A DNA stretch of 64,000 bases. Origin: an uncultured Bacteroidales bacterium. Lineage in GTDB: Bacteria; Bacteroidota; Bacteroidia; Bacteroidales; FEN-979. The stretch is from NCBI GenBank assembly GCA_903903985.1, contig CAIVAT010000153.1, positions 57,352 through 121,351 of the forward strand. The letters run 5' to 3'. Both the position numbers and the translations under genes were made by a program. Below, piece after piece: positions 1 through 8,832 of this stretch (the first letter of the stretch is position 1; every line of letters begins with the position of its first letter). The notes under the pieces are model-generated. The model was not told the origin of the DNA. It did not search any database and saw only the letters and a list, made by a program, of their open reading frames with translations.

Positions 1-95
1 AAAAATGTGATTCACAAGAATAAGGCTGCAAACCTGAAAAGCAAGCTGATGCGCAAAGTCAATACGGCATCAGCCCCCGTTGCAAAATAATCAAC

Positions 96-1064
96 TTACC
101 TCTTTCTCCTCCATCTCAGACTTTTCAGTGATGACAGTCTCTGAATATAGGACTTAAGATGACGTTCCTTCTTTCTGGGATAGATATCTTCAATATGTAT
201 CAGGATCCCTGTCTCTTCAACTTCACCAAAGCTCTGATTAATTGATGTTCCGAACGTTCTCATGGTAGGAGATAAGTTCATATAGGCATTGACCAGCGGA
301 GGAACGTGTTCTCCATGGCGCCGTACTGCCTGAATCAGGATTTTATAATTTTCTTCAAAGGTTGTTGCAGAAAACAAATCAGCTATCGTAGCATCGGGGG
401 TATAACAAACCACAGGAAACAAAGGCAGCATCAACGTTTCAGTATCAGGGAAATACTTGCGCAGGAAATACAGGACAATATCCCGGGCAGTCTTGTTATA
501 TTCGGGATACATCGTCATCTTGCCAAAAAAATATTTCACATCCGGATTTTCAATAATCATCGCGCCTAGCCCGTCCCAAAGGTTATCCAAAGAGTACATT
601 CCCTTACGGAAGTTAACAAGTGGCTGATAGTTAGGCTGTACAAACGATCTTCCCAGTTCAATGCTTACCGGTAGATAGTCGCGGATGAACTTATTGGAAA
701 AGTTGAAAAGTTCAGCAGTAGCACTGTGAATACAGCCCGTCTTTTCGCATTGAATATCACGGCCATGGATGAATCTGTATCCCCCTGTAATCTCACACTC
801 TATTGGATCCCATACAATTAGCTGATGAAACGGGATCTCCATGGTGTCAAATTCATCAATATCGGTACTTTTTCCCGTTCCGCCACCGGCATCACGGAAG
901 GTGATTTCACGCAATCGCCCCACCTCACTCATCAGATATGGCGAATCATGTGCGGTAAAAACATAAATCTTATTGTGTCCATTATTGGTATTCCGAAGAA
1001 AAGTACTGTCGCTTAATTCAGATTCAAGCAGTTTTTTGTCGACCGGGGCAATGATGGGTTCCAT
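96..1064 (-). CDS. glsB: OlsB/GlsB-type (hemolysin-like, GNAT-fold) N-acyltransferase for glycine/ornithine aminolipid synthesis
   Basis: ORF 96..1091. Motifs ITGGYRF and ELGRSFVQPNYQ are typical of OlsB/GlsB N-acyltransferases. It is divergently paired with a PlsC-type acyltransferase. Start moved to Met10 (MEPIIAPV; cat at 1062..1064) because a TAnnTTTG box (rc of 1093..1100) abuts the longest start. Confidence 0.65.
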   Translation of the reverse strand: MEPIIAPVDKKLLESELSDSTFLRNTNNGHNKIYVFTAHDSPYLMSEVGRLREITFRDAGGGTGKSTDIDEFDTMEIPFHQLIVWDPIECEITGGYRFIHGRDIQCEKTGCIHSATAELFNFSNKFIRDYLPVSIELGRSFVQPNYQPLVNFRKGMYSLDNLWDGLGAMIIENPDVKYFFGKMTMYPEYNKTARDIVLYFLRKYFPDTETLMLPLFPVVCYTPDATIADLFSATTFEENYKILIQAVRRHGEHVPPLVNAYMNLSPTMRTFGTSINQSFGEVEETGILIHIEDIYPRKKERHLKSYIQRLSSLKSLRWRRKR

Positions 1065-1155
1065 GTGACGGAATATTGAATGAATTATCATGCAAAGATA
1101 TGTGTTGTATCCTGCATCTTAATAAAAATGCAAAGCATTTTCGTAAATTTGCATC

Positions 1156-2073
1156 ATGTCACAGCCAGAAACAGAAGAAGTTCCCGAACACCTGATCGAC
1201 CTCGAATCACTTTTCCGGGCAAAAAACCCCCAACTGCTGCGGGTAATCCCCAAATTTGTTCTGTCATACCTGAAGCGGATCATCCACCAGGAAGAGGTGA
1301 ACGGGTACATCTATCGCAACCGTTCCAAGACCGGGTTGCCATTTGTTGATGCCATTTTAAAGGAATTTGGCGTGAATGTCGAAATACAGGATAAACGCAC
1401 TATTCAAGATACTGTTTCAGCGAATATTGATCTTCCGCAGGGTATGATCCCATCACAGGGCAGATTCATTGCTGCGGCCAACCATCCGCTTGGAGGTCTT
1501 GACGGAATGGCCCTGATGCAGGCACTGGGTAGAATGAGGAGTGATATTGTCTTTCCGGTAAATGACCTGCTGATGAACGTTCCCGGCTTACGCCCCCTGT
1601 TCATTCCCATCAACAAACACGGTCGCAATACGGAAAATGCCCAATTGATCAACGAAACATTTGCTTCTGAAAAAATGATCCTTTATTTCCCTGCCGGCCT
1701 TGTCTCCCGTAAACAAAGGATCGACGGATCCTATATGATCCGTGATTTGGAGTGGAAGAATACGTTTATTAAAAAAGCGAAGAAATACCAGCGCGACATC
1801 ATCCCTGTCTTTGTTGAAGGGCGGAATTCCAACTGGTTTTATAACCTGGCCATGTGGCGTAAACGTCTTGGGATCAAAGCCAATATTGAAATGCTTTACC
1901 TGGTAGACGAAATGGCCAGGCAATTTAACAAGACGATCACCATCATGGTCGGTGATCCAATCCCCTATTCCACCTTCGATAAATCCAAAACCGATGCCCA
2001 GTGGGCAGCCTGGGTGCAGGAAAAAGTTTATGGCCTCAGCACATTAAACGGTATGCCTCCGGATCAAGCCTGA
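1156..2073 (+). CDS. glsA: PlsC-type lysolipid O-acyltransferase, GlsA-like partner of the aminolipid N-acyltransferase
   Basis: 305-aa ORF with the acyltransferase box AANHPLGGLDG and FPAGLVSRK. Divergent pairing with the OlsB/GlsB-like gene. TAAATTTG box at 1144..1151. Confidence 0.6.
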   Translation: MSQPETEEVPEHLIDLESLFRAKNPQLLRVIPKFVLSYLKRIIHQEEVNGYIYRNRSKTGLPFVDAILKEFGVNVEIQDKRTIQDTVSANIDLPQGMIPSQGRFIAAANHPLGGLDGMALMQALGRMRSDIVFPVNDLLMNVPGLRPLFIPINKHGRNTENAQLINETFASEKMILYFPAGLVSRKQRIDGSYMIRDLEWKNTFIKKAKKYQRDIIPVFVEGRNSNWFYNLAMWRKRLGIKANIEMLYLVDEMARQFNKTITIMVGDPIPYSTFDKSKTDAQWAAWVQEKVYGLSTLNGMPPDQA

Positions 2074-2371
2074 TCAGTTCTTTCATCAATGACCTGTTCA
2101 TTTCTTTGTCATGTGTAATGAAAGTCTCACCAAGCATTTCACGGAATCTAAGCAACTCTGTCAGCAACCGTTCATTTTTTTTATCCTCTACGGTGAGATC
2201 CGTCAATTCGAAAGCGCGTTCCCAGGCACAAATTGCATGCGCAATATCCTCATTTTCAAGAGCATTCTGAGCCCGGTTAAGTTCATTGGAAATCATCAGC
2301 AACTGCTGAAAACCCCTATATGCAAACCACTTCTCGGTGGTCATGCTTTTATGAAAAATTAATTTATACAA
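2036..2371 (-). CDS. hypothetical small helical protein
   Basis: 111-aa ORF with no recognisable motif. It fills the gap between neighbours and converges on, and overlaps, the 3' end of the preceding gene by 38 nt. Confidence 0.35.
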   Translation of the reverse strand: MYKLIFHKSMTTEKWFAYRGFQQLLMISNELNRAQNALENEDIAHAICAWERAFELTDLTVEDKKNERLLTELLRFREMLGETFITHDKEMNRSLMKELIRLDPEAYRLMC

Positions 2372-2386
2372 TTCAAGTCGGTTAAA

Positions 2387-2725
2387 TTAAACAAGAAGTT
2401 TGTCTACAACAGACCGGATCAACGATTTGATACCATCATTCTGTACTTCCATATTCCGGTTGCCCTGAGATGGCCTGATATTGATAAATGAGGTAAATTC
2501 GATCCGATCACAAGTATCTTTCATCGGATAAACATTGGCCCCCCATAGATCCTGCTGATGAGAACCGTTTTCAAGCATCAATTTTTCCAGATCTGCATGC
2601 ATATCGCCATCAATTGCCAGAATTTCCTGCTGGATATCAACAACGATCTTCATCATTTCAACAAAATCAATCTCCCTTGATTCCCAAAGTTGAACCAACA
2701 GGGTGGGCTTTGCAATAATTTGCAT
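2387..2725 (-). CDS. hypothetical protein (DUF5674-like)
   Basis: ORF 2387..2875 trimmed to Met51 (MQIIAKPT; cat at 2723..2725). The longer form would overlap engB, and a TATCTTTG box (rc of 2743..2750) sits 18 nt upstream of the trimmed start. Confidence 0.45.
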   Translation of the reverse strand: MQIIAKPTLLVQLWESREIDFVEMMKIVVDIQQEILAIDGDMHADLEKLMLENGSHQQDLWGANVYPMKDTCDRIEFTSFINIRPSQGNRNMEVQNDGIKSLIRSVVDKLLV

Positions 2726-2750
2726 ATATTTGGAATAAATACCAAAGATA

Positions 2751-3422
2751 GTGAAAATCGAATCGATCGAGTTTGTTTGCAGCAGCCCTTCCCTGAAATT
2801 CTGCCCGAAGGAGGAACTACCGGAATTTGCCTTCATCGGCCGTTCAAATGTTGGAAAATCATCCCTGATCAACATGCTCGCAGCCCATAAAGGGCTTGCA
2901 AAAGTATCAGGAACACCTGGGAAAACCCGGCTACTGAATCATTTTAAAGTTGAGTCCACGTTTGCCAAAGGCATCACAGCTAATAGTGAACGGCAGGCCG
3001 GGCGCATCCAGAATCCCCTTTTCTGGTTCCTTGTCGATCTTCCCGGTTATGGCTTTGCAAAATTATCAAAGACAGCAAAAGCAAAGTTTGAGGGATTGAT
3101 CCAGTCATATCTTCAAAACCGGGAAAACCTGGCATTGACTTTTCTATTGATTGACTCACGCCTTGAACCTCAGAAAATCGATATCGAGTTCATGAACTGG
3201 CTGGGCGACAATGAAGTAGGATTCGTTATCCTTTTTACGAAAACCGACAAACTCTCGAAAACGCAGCTAAGCACAAACCTGGCAGCGTATCAAAAAGCCC
3301 TTTCCGCCCATTGGGTTGAACTTCCGGCAATTCTTCCAACCTCAGCGGAAACCAGGCTTGGGCGGGATGAAGTGCTGTCGACCATTGAAGAGGCCTTGCT
3401 GGAAATTGAGAACACGAGGTGA
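2751..3422 (+). CDS. engB: ribosome-biogenesis GTPase EngB/YihA/YsxC
   Basis: G1 GRSNVGKSSLIN, G3 DLPGYGFAK and G4 TKTDK motifs. GTG start, with a TATATTTG box at 2725..2732 upstream. Confidence 0.9.
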   Translation: MKIESIEFVCSSPSLKFCPKEELPEFAFIGRSNVGKSSLINMLAAHKGLAKVSGTPGKTRLLNHFKVESTFAKGITANSERQAGRIQNPLFWFLVDLPGYGFAKLSKTAKAKFEGLIQSYLQNRENLALTFLLIDSRLEPQKIDIEFMNWLGDNEVGFVILFTKTDKLSKTQLSTNLAAYQKALSAHWVELPAILPTSAETRLGRDEVLSTIEEALLEIENTR

Positions 3423-3427
3423 ATGCA

Positions 3428-3829
3428 TCAGTCATTTTCAATGGATCCCATTCTCCTTCCCAGGGCCCGCATGATCCGGTAATCGAGATTTGCGCGCTGC
3501 ACAAACTGCCGGTAATGTTGCATCTTGTCTTCCTGCACAAACAGGCATATTCCGTGAATCGCCCTGAAGCGGATTGCGGCATCCACCCTGTTCAGAAGGG
3601 TTACTTCGCAAAACCCGTCCGGCAGCGTTGCAGCGACAACCTGAAGGATTTGCTCCAGCGCTTTCCAGGATCCGGTATCAACAGCAATGAATGCATATAA
3701 TACACGGTTTTCCTGGCATACAGGCTGCCCTTCCTCATCAAAGCCGCTAAGCATGGCAAAATGGATGAACGGGCAACGCTCCCGGAGCATTCCCGATATC
3801 TTTTTAAAATCAATTTTGGGGGTTTTCAT
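3428..3829 (-). CDS. MntA-like nucleotidyltransferase-fold protein with a degenerate active-site motif
   Basis: The C-terminal pattern VTLLNRVDAAIRFRAIHGICLF..QHYRQF..DYR resembles minimal nucleotidyltransferase (MNT/MntA) proteins. The usual GS..G/D.D box reads AMLSGFDEEG. No HEPN partner is adjacent. Confidence 0.4.
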   Translation of the reverse strand: MKTPKIDFKKISGMLRERCPFIHFAMLSGFDEEGQPVCQENRVLYAFIAVDTGSWKALEQILQVVAATLPDGFCEVTLLNRVDAAIRFRAIHGICLFVQEDKMQHYRQFVQRANLDYRIMRALGRRMGSIEND

Positions 3830-3887
3830 AGCCAGTTGTTTTTCTTATTGACAAGAGAAACAACCGGATGGTTGCGTGGAAGGTCAG

Positions 3888-4205
3888 CTATTTTAATTCA
3901 ATCAGCAGATGCCGTTTGGGAACAACTTCCCCCTGTTTGACATAAACTTTTTTTACTGTGCCATTCCTTGTTGCAAGCAGGTGGTTATCCATTTTCATTG
4001 CCTGAAGCACAAGAAGCGTATCTCCTTTTTTAACTTTATGGCCTTCTTTGACAAGCACTTTGAGGATGGTCCCCGGGATAAAAGCCACTACCTTGCGCGA
4101 ATCCGGAGGAGTGTAGGTGGTTCGGTTGGCGAACTTTTTCGTCAGCGTGGTCTTGTAAGAAATTTCCTCGTACTTAAAATCGATGAATTCTATATTTTCG
4201 TCCAT
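3888..4205 (-). CDS. small biotin carboxyl carrier protein (1.3S / MmdC-like biotinyl subunit)
   Basis: Biotinylation motif LQAMKMDN in a C-terminal biotinyl/lipoyl domain. Start trimmed to MDENIEF (cat at 4203..4205). Lies directly downstream of the carboxyltransferase gene. Confidence 0.8.
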   Translation of the reverse strand: MDENIEFIDFKYEEISYKTTLTKKFANRTTYTPPDSRKVVAFIPGTILKVLVKEGHKVKKGDTLLVLQAMKMDNHLLATRNGTVKKVYVKQGEVVPKRHLLIELK

Positions 4206-4310
4206 AAGAGCTAAAATAAAACGCAAACTGTAAGGTGCAAAGTGCAAAAGTAAATACCAACGCAGCCTGGCAGGAAATTTCGCTACCTCGCTGCCTTGCT
4301 GTTTTTCTGC

Positions 4311-5858
4311 TTAGAAAGGTGGAACCCCATGTTTCTTTTTAGGTGTAACCTCCATTTTCCCTTGCGCAAGGGTCAATGAATGTGTAAGGTAATTGCGGGT
4401 TTCATTGGGCTCAATGACAGCATCCACATATCCGTATGCCGCAGCTACATATGGATTGGCAAATTTCTGACGGTACTCTTCGATGAGGCGTTTGCGCGTT
4501 TCATCAGGATTATCGCTGGCTTTGATCTCACTGCGGAATATAATATTAGCGGCTCCCTCCGGTCCCATTACAGCAATTTCGGCAGTAGGCCAGGCAAACA
4601 CAAAATCGGCACGAAGGTGATTCGAACACATGGCAATGTATCCCCCGCCATAGGCTTTGCGCAGGATGACGGTTATCTTGGGAACACTTGCTTCACTGTA
4701 GGCATATAGAACCTTTGCCCCATGACGTATGACACCCGCATGTTCCTGGTCGACGCCGGGCAGATAACCGGGTAAATCAACCAGGGTAACCAGCGGCACA
4801 TTGAAGGCATCGCAATAACGGATGAACCGTGCAGCTTTATCGCTTGAATCGCAATCGAGAACGCCGGCAAGTACCATCGGTTGATTGGCCACGAAACCAA
4901 CTGTCTGGCCATCAAGGCGTCCAAATCCGATGACAATGTTGGCAGCCCACATCTCATGTACTTCAAAAAAATCGCTGTCATCGGCTATTGCCCTTATCAC
5001 ATCACGTACATCGTACGGTTGCATCGGGTTGGTTGGAAAAATACTATCCAGTTTATATTGCCTTGATTTTGGCGCCTTTTTAGGGAAAACTTCCGCTTTT
5101 TTTTCATTGTTCCACGGAATGTAGCTCACCAATCGCTTAATCTGTTCAAAACATTCTATTTCACTTTCAGCAAAAAAATGCGCATTCCCGGTAATTTCTG
5201 CGTGAACACGGGCACCTCCGAGATCCTCCATCGAAATTTCTTCACCAAGCACCGTTTTGATGACCTCTGGCCCGGTGATAAACATCTTGGAGATTTTATC
5301 AACAACAAAAACAAAATCAGTCAAGGCAGGACTGTAAACAGCTCCGCCGGCACACGGCCCGAGAATGACCGAGATTTGCGGAATTACACCGGACGCCTGG
5401 GTATTCCGGTAAAAAATCTCGCCATAACCTGCCAGGGAATTGACCCCTTCCTGAATACGGGCGCCCCCGCTGTCATTGATCCCGATTAATGGAACCTTCA
5501 TCTTCATGGCATGGTCCATGATTTTGGTAATCTTTTTTGCGTGCATCAAACCCAGGGAGCCTCCGGCAACGGTAAAATCCTGAGCGAAAATACAAACAGG
5601 CCAGGCACTGATCGAGCCCGTTCCGGTGATGACCCCGTCTCCCGGCAAATATTTTTTATCCATGTCGAAATCCTGTCCGGCATGTTTTACAAAAAGATCA
5701 TATTCATGAAAGGAATTGGGATCAAGCAATGCAAGTATTCGTTCCCGGGCGGTCATTTTTCCAGAAGCTTTTTGCTTTTCAAGGGCCTGTTCGCCGCCCC
5801 CTTTAAAGGCTTCCTGCATTCGCCTCTTTAATTCCGTGGTTTTTGCTCTTAAACTCAT
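4311..5858 (-). CDS. acyl-CoA carboxyltransferase (methylmalonyl-CoA decarboxylase alpha / propionyl-CoA carboxylase beta / transcarboxylase 12S family)
   Basis: 515 aa. Two crotonase-like carboxyltransferase halves with typical stretches (GKMTARERI, FTVAGGSLG, INDSGGARIQEG, GPCAGGAVYSPALTDF, ITVILRKAYGGGYIAM). Confidence 0.9.
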   Translation of the reverse strand: MSLRAKTTELKRRMQEAFKGGGEQALEKQKASGKMTARERILALLDPNSFHEYDLFVKHAGQDFDMDKKYLPGDGVITGTGSISAWPVCIFAQDFTVAGGSLGLMHAKKITKIMDHAMKMKVPLIGINDSGGARIQEGVNSLAGYGEIFYRNTQASGVIPQISVILGPCAGGAVYSPALTDFVFVVDKISKMFITGPEVIKTVLGEEISMEDLGGARVHAEITGNAHFFAESEIECFEQIKRLVSYIPWNNEKKAEVFPKKAPKSRQYKLDSIFPTNPMQPYDVRDVIRAIADDSDFFEVHEMWAANIVIGFGRLDGQTVGFVANQPMVLAGVLDCDSSDKAARFIRYCDAFNVPLVTLVDLPGYLPGVDQEHAGVIRHGAKVLYAYSEASVPKITVILRKAYGGGYIAMCSNHLRADFVFAWPTAEIAVMGPEGAANIIFRSEIKASDNPDETRKRLIEEYRQKFANPYVAAAYGYVDAVIEPNETRNYLTHSLTLAQGKMEVTPKKKHGVPPF

Positions 5859-5885
5859 TTTCAGAATGTTTTCTTACAAAGGGTG

Positions 5886-5893
5886 CAAAGATA
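5886..5893 (-). promoter_or_regulatory. Bacteroidota -7 promoter box (TATCTTTG) for the carboxyltransferase operon
   Basis: rc of caaagata matches TAnnTTTG. It lies 28 nt upstream of the ATG at 5858. Confidence 0.55.
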
Positions 5894-6139
5894 AGGTTAA
5901 TCAATTTAATTAACAAAAATGCAATTGTGGTTTAACGTTTTATTGGTTTAATTCGCTGAATAACTGATGATTACATCTATGGCCAACCCCTCCGGTTGTC
6001 CACCCGTCCGCCTGTTCGCCTGTCCGCCCATTGTTCACTCCTATTCTGCCTTACACCCAATCTGCTATGGTCTTTCCCTAACACCTGCTGCAGGCGCTTT
6101 TTGGATAAAATTGATTGATTGGTAAAATAATAATATGAG

Positions 6140-6147
6140 TATCTTTG
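6140..6147 (+). promoter_or_regulatory. Bacteroidota -7 promoter box (TATCTTTG) for upxY and the capsule locus
   Basis: Matches TAnnTTTG. It would give a ~130-nt 5' leader before the upxY ATG at 6286. Confidence 0.5.
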
Positions 6148-6285
6148 CTACTCAAAGTATGCCCGAAAAATTTGGATGATCTTATCAGCCTTTTTGCATT
6201 CCGGACATCCTTTTTGCATCATCAACATTATTTCATGGAGGGAAGGTCACCGGTCGGCAATAAATCAGCGATTCAGCTTCAGGCG

Positions 6286-6777
6286 ATGCTTTGGTACGCA
6301 GTTTATACGCGGTCGCGTTCAGAAAAACACCTGATGGAACTGTTGACAGCAAAAGGCATCGAAGCGTATGTGCCTGTTCGGAAAGTCTTAAAGCAATGGA
6401 GCGACCGGAAGAAGATGGTGGAGGAACCGATTATCCGCTCCTATTGTTTTGTAAAGGTTGATCCTCCCCTTTATAAGGAGGTGCTGAATACACCGGGAGC
6501 GGTCCGCTATGTTTGGTTCTCAGGGAAACCTGCATCCATCCCTGATAGGCAAATTGAAACACTGAAGTCCATCACTCAATCCAATGTTGAAATCGAATGC
6601 CTGCCCGATACATTTCAGCCTGGGATTCAGGTGAATGTAACTGCCGGGCCGTTGCAAGGACTCACAGGTGAACTGGTCAGTATATCCAATAAAAAAAAGG
6701 TGATCATCCGTATCGATCACCTTAAACAGGTAATTACCCTCTCTATCTCACCGACAATGGTCGAAAAAACAAGGTAG
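6286..6777 (+). CDS. upxY: UpxY-family (NusG-like) transcription antiterminator heading a polysaccharide locus
   Basis: WYAVYTRSRSEK..YVPV..QWSDRKK..EPIIRSYCFV NGN domain plus a KOW-like C-terminus (VNVTAGPLQGLTGELV). Start set at MLWYAVYT (6286); 6235 is an alternative. First gene of the glycan cluster. Confidence 0.85.
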   Translation: MLWYAVYTRSRSEKHLMELLTAKGIEAYVPVRKVLKQWSDRKKMVEEPIIRSYCFVKVDPPLYKEVLNTPGAVRYVWFSGKPASIPDRQIETLKSITQSNVEIECLPDTFQPGIQVNVTAGPLQGLTGELVSISNKKKVIIRIDHLKQVITLSISPTMVEKTR

Positions 6778-6868
6778 CAAGGTAGCAAAATGGTTTTGCA
6801 TTTTGCATTTATATTTTTAAAATAACCCCATGGTTCCTGTGACCGAAAGGGCGAAGCTGTATCAACTC

Positions 6869-6894
6869 AAATCGTAATTCGTAAATCGTAAATC
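6869..6894 (+). repeat. AATCGTAA word array
   Basis: aaatcgtaattcgtaaatcgtaaatc lies directly upstream of the TTG start at 6897. The same word recurs at about 40533 and 52535. Confidence 0.6.
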
Positions 6895-6896
6895 CT

Positions 6897-7424
6897 TTGC
6901 TCGACACCTTAATCTCCAATAAAACCCGCGTAAAACTTTTATTGAGATTCTTCCTGAATCCGAACGCCAAATCATATCTGCGCGGTCTGGAGGAGGAATT
7001 CGGGGAGTCGACCAATGCGATCAGGATCGAATTAAACCGATTCGAAGCAGCCGGCCTGCTGATCAGCTGGGAAGATAAAAACAAGAAAATGTTTTCTGCA
7101 AACCAAAAATACCCGTTGTTTGCCGACATCCGGAGCATCCTCCGAAAACATACCGGGATTGACACCATCATCAATAATGTCATCAACCACCTCGGAAATA
7201 TTGAATCCGCATATCTGACTGGTATGATGGCAAAAGGTCTCGATAATTCGTCATTGGAGCTGTTTATTTTCGGTGAACCGATCGACCAGAAATATCTGTT
7301 ATCCCTGACAAAAAAAACAACGGCCCTCATCAAACGGGATATCTGTTGCACAACCCTGCCAGGTGAGGACGAACAAATATTTCTTAAATCCAACCGGGAT
7401 GCATTGCTGATCTGGAAAAAATGA
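6897..7424 (+). CDS. winged-helix (ArsR-like) DNA-binding domain fused to a nucleotidyltransferase-like domain
   Basis: TTG start. N-terminal part (KTRVKLLLRFFLNP..SYLRGLEEEFGESTNAIRIELNRFEAAGLL) looks wHTH. C-terminal part (AYLTGMMAKGLDNSSLELFIFGE) resembles a degenerate NTase GS..G/D.D box. Confidence 0.55.
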   Translation: MLDTLISNKTRVKLLLRFFLNPNAKSYLRGLEEEFGESTNAIRIELNRFEAAGLLISWEDKNKKMFSANQKYPLFADIRSILRKHTGIDTIINNVINHLGNIESAYLTGMMAKGLDNSSLELFIFGEPIDQKYLLSLTKKTTALIKRDICCTTLPGEDEQIFLKSNRDALLIWKK

Positions 7425-7476
7425 AGCCAGCCCTCAACTTTGATATTTGATCTTTGAATTTTAATATAGTTAAGTC

Positions 7477-8772
7477 ATGTCTGTTTACGAAAACCTGTTA
7501 AAAAAAGAGACCTCCCTTTCCGTCATTGGCCTGGGTTACGTCGGTTTGCCCATCGCCCTTGAATTTGCCAGGAAAATTAAAGTAGTGGGTTTCGATATCA
7601 AACCCGACCGGGTGGAAATGATGAAGAATAAAATTGATCCCAGTGGCGAATTGCCGTCTGAAACTTTTGAAAACACCGACATCCTTATCACTGCCGATCC
7701 GGAAAACCTGAAATCATGCACCTTTCACATTGTGGCCGTGCCCACGCCGGTTGATAAACACAACCTGCCTGACCTCACCCCCTTGCTTGCTGCGACCAGG
7801 ACGGTGGCAAAAGTTTTGAAAAAGGGAGATTACGTTGTATATGAATCAACCGTTTACCCGGGAGCGACCGAGGAGGATTGTGTTCCCATTCTGGAAAGCT
7901 TGTCGGGACTGAAATTCATTGAAGACTTCAAGGTTGGTTTCTCTCCTGAACGGATTAACCCGGGTGACAAGGAACATACCCTCACCACGGTTGTTAAAAT
8001 CGTTTCGGGTTGCGACGATGAATCCCTCGATCAGATCGCAAAAGTTTATGAACTTATCGTGAATCCCGGAGTTCACAGGGCGCCAACCATCAAGGTGGCC
8101 GAAGCAGCCAAAATCATTGAAAATGCACAACGCGATGTCAACATCGCCTTCATGAACGAACTTTCGATCATCTTTGGCCGAATGAACATCAACATCTATG
8201 ATGTACTGGAAGCTGCAGGCACAAAATGGAATTTCCTGAAATTTTATCCGGGTCTCGTCGGAGGACATTGCATCGGCGTTGATCCCTATTACCTGACATA
8301 CAAAGCAGAAGAGTACCGCTACCACCCCAGGGTGATCAATGCCGGCCGATATGTGAATGACAGCATGGGGTTCTACGTTGCCAAACAATGCGTAAAAAAG
8401 CTCATTAAAGCGGGTAAAAACGTACTTGGTGCAAAGGTACTGGTAATGGGAGCCACTTTTAAAGAGAACGTAAGCGACATCCGGAACTCCCGCGTTGCTG
8501 ACCTCGTAAATGAACTGAAGCAATACAGCATCCGTGTTGATGTTTCCGATCCGTTTGCCAGCCATGATGAATTGCTACACGAATATGGTTTTGGACTGAC
8601 GAGTGACATTCTGCATGATTATGATGCCGTGATCGTGGCAGTAAATCATCAACCTTATCATGATTTAACGGAAGCATACTTCAGGTCGATCACTTCGGAA
8701 AACGGTATCATCATCGATGTGAAGGGAATATTCCGGAAAAAAATCGTTACAATGAATTATTGGAGCCTGTGA
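7477..8772 (+). CDS. UDP-sugar 6-dehydrogenase (TviB/WbpA/CapL-like UDP-N-acetylhexosamine dehydrogenase)
   Basis: Rossmann motif VIGLGYVGLP, catalytic-Cys motif GGHCIGVDPYY, 431 aa. Confidence 0.85.
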   Translation: MSVYENLLKKETSLSVIGLGYVGLPIALEFARKIKVVGFDIKPDRVEMMKNKIDPSGELPSETFENTDILITADPENLKSCTFHIVAVPTPVDKHNLPDLTPLLAATRTVAKVLKKGDYVVYESTVYPGATEEDCVPILESLSGLKFIEDFKVGFSPERINPGDKEHTLTTVVKIVSGCDDESLDQIAKVYELIVNPGVHRAPTIKVAEAAKIIENAQRDVNIAFMNELSIIFGRMNINIYDVLEAAGTKWNFLKFYPGLVGGHCIGVDPYYLTYKAEEYRYHPRVINAGRYVNDSMGFYVAKQCVKKLIKAGKNVLGAKVLVMGATFKENVSDIRNSRVADLVNELKQYSIRVDVSDPFASHDELLHEYGFGLTSDILHDYDAVIVAVNHQPYHDLTEAYFRSITSENGIIIDVKGIFRKKIVTMNYWSL

Positions 8773-8832
8773 GACGTGAAACGTTGTCACGCATCACGTG
8801 TCACGAATAAATAACCAGTTAACAATTCAGCA

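Noticed and set aside
5859-6285. Invertible (Mpi-type) promoter upstream of upxY, as in Bacteroides capsule loci
   Set aside because: The only inverted match I found is the 9-bp tatctttgc at 5885..5893 (reverse complement) and 6140..6148. It is explained by two divergent TAnnTTTG promoters, and no longer flanking inverted repeats are seen.
7846-8565. Long antisense ORFs (for example 7846..8565, 6809..7393, 24751..25383, 33856..34344, 35469..35942, 40938..41534, 54077..54634)
   Set aside because: Each lies fully inside a strongly motif-supported gene on the opposite strand and has low-complexity or odd composition. They are shadow ORFs.
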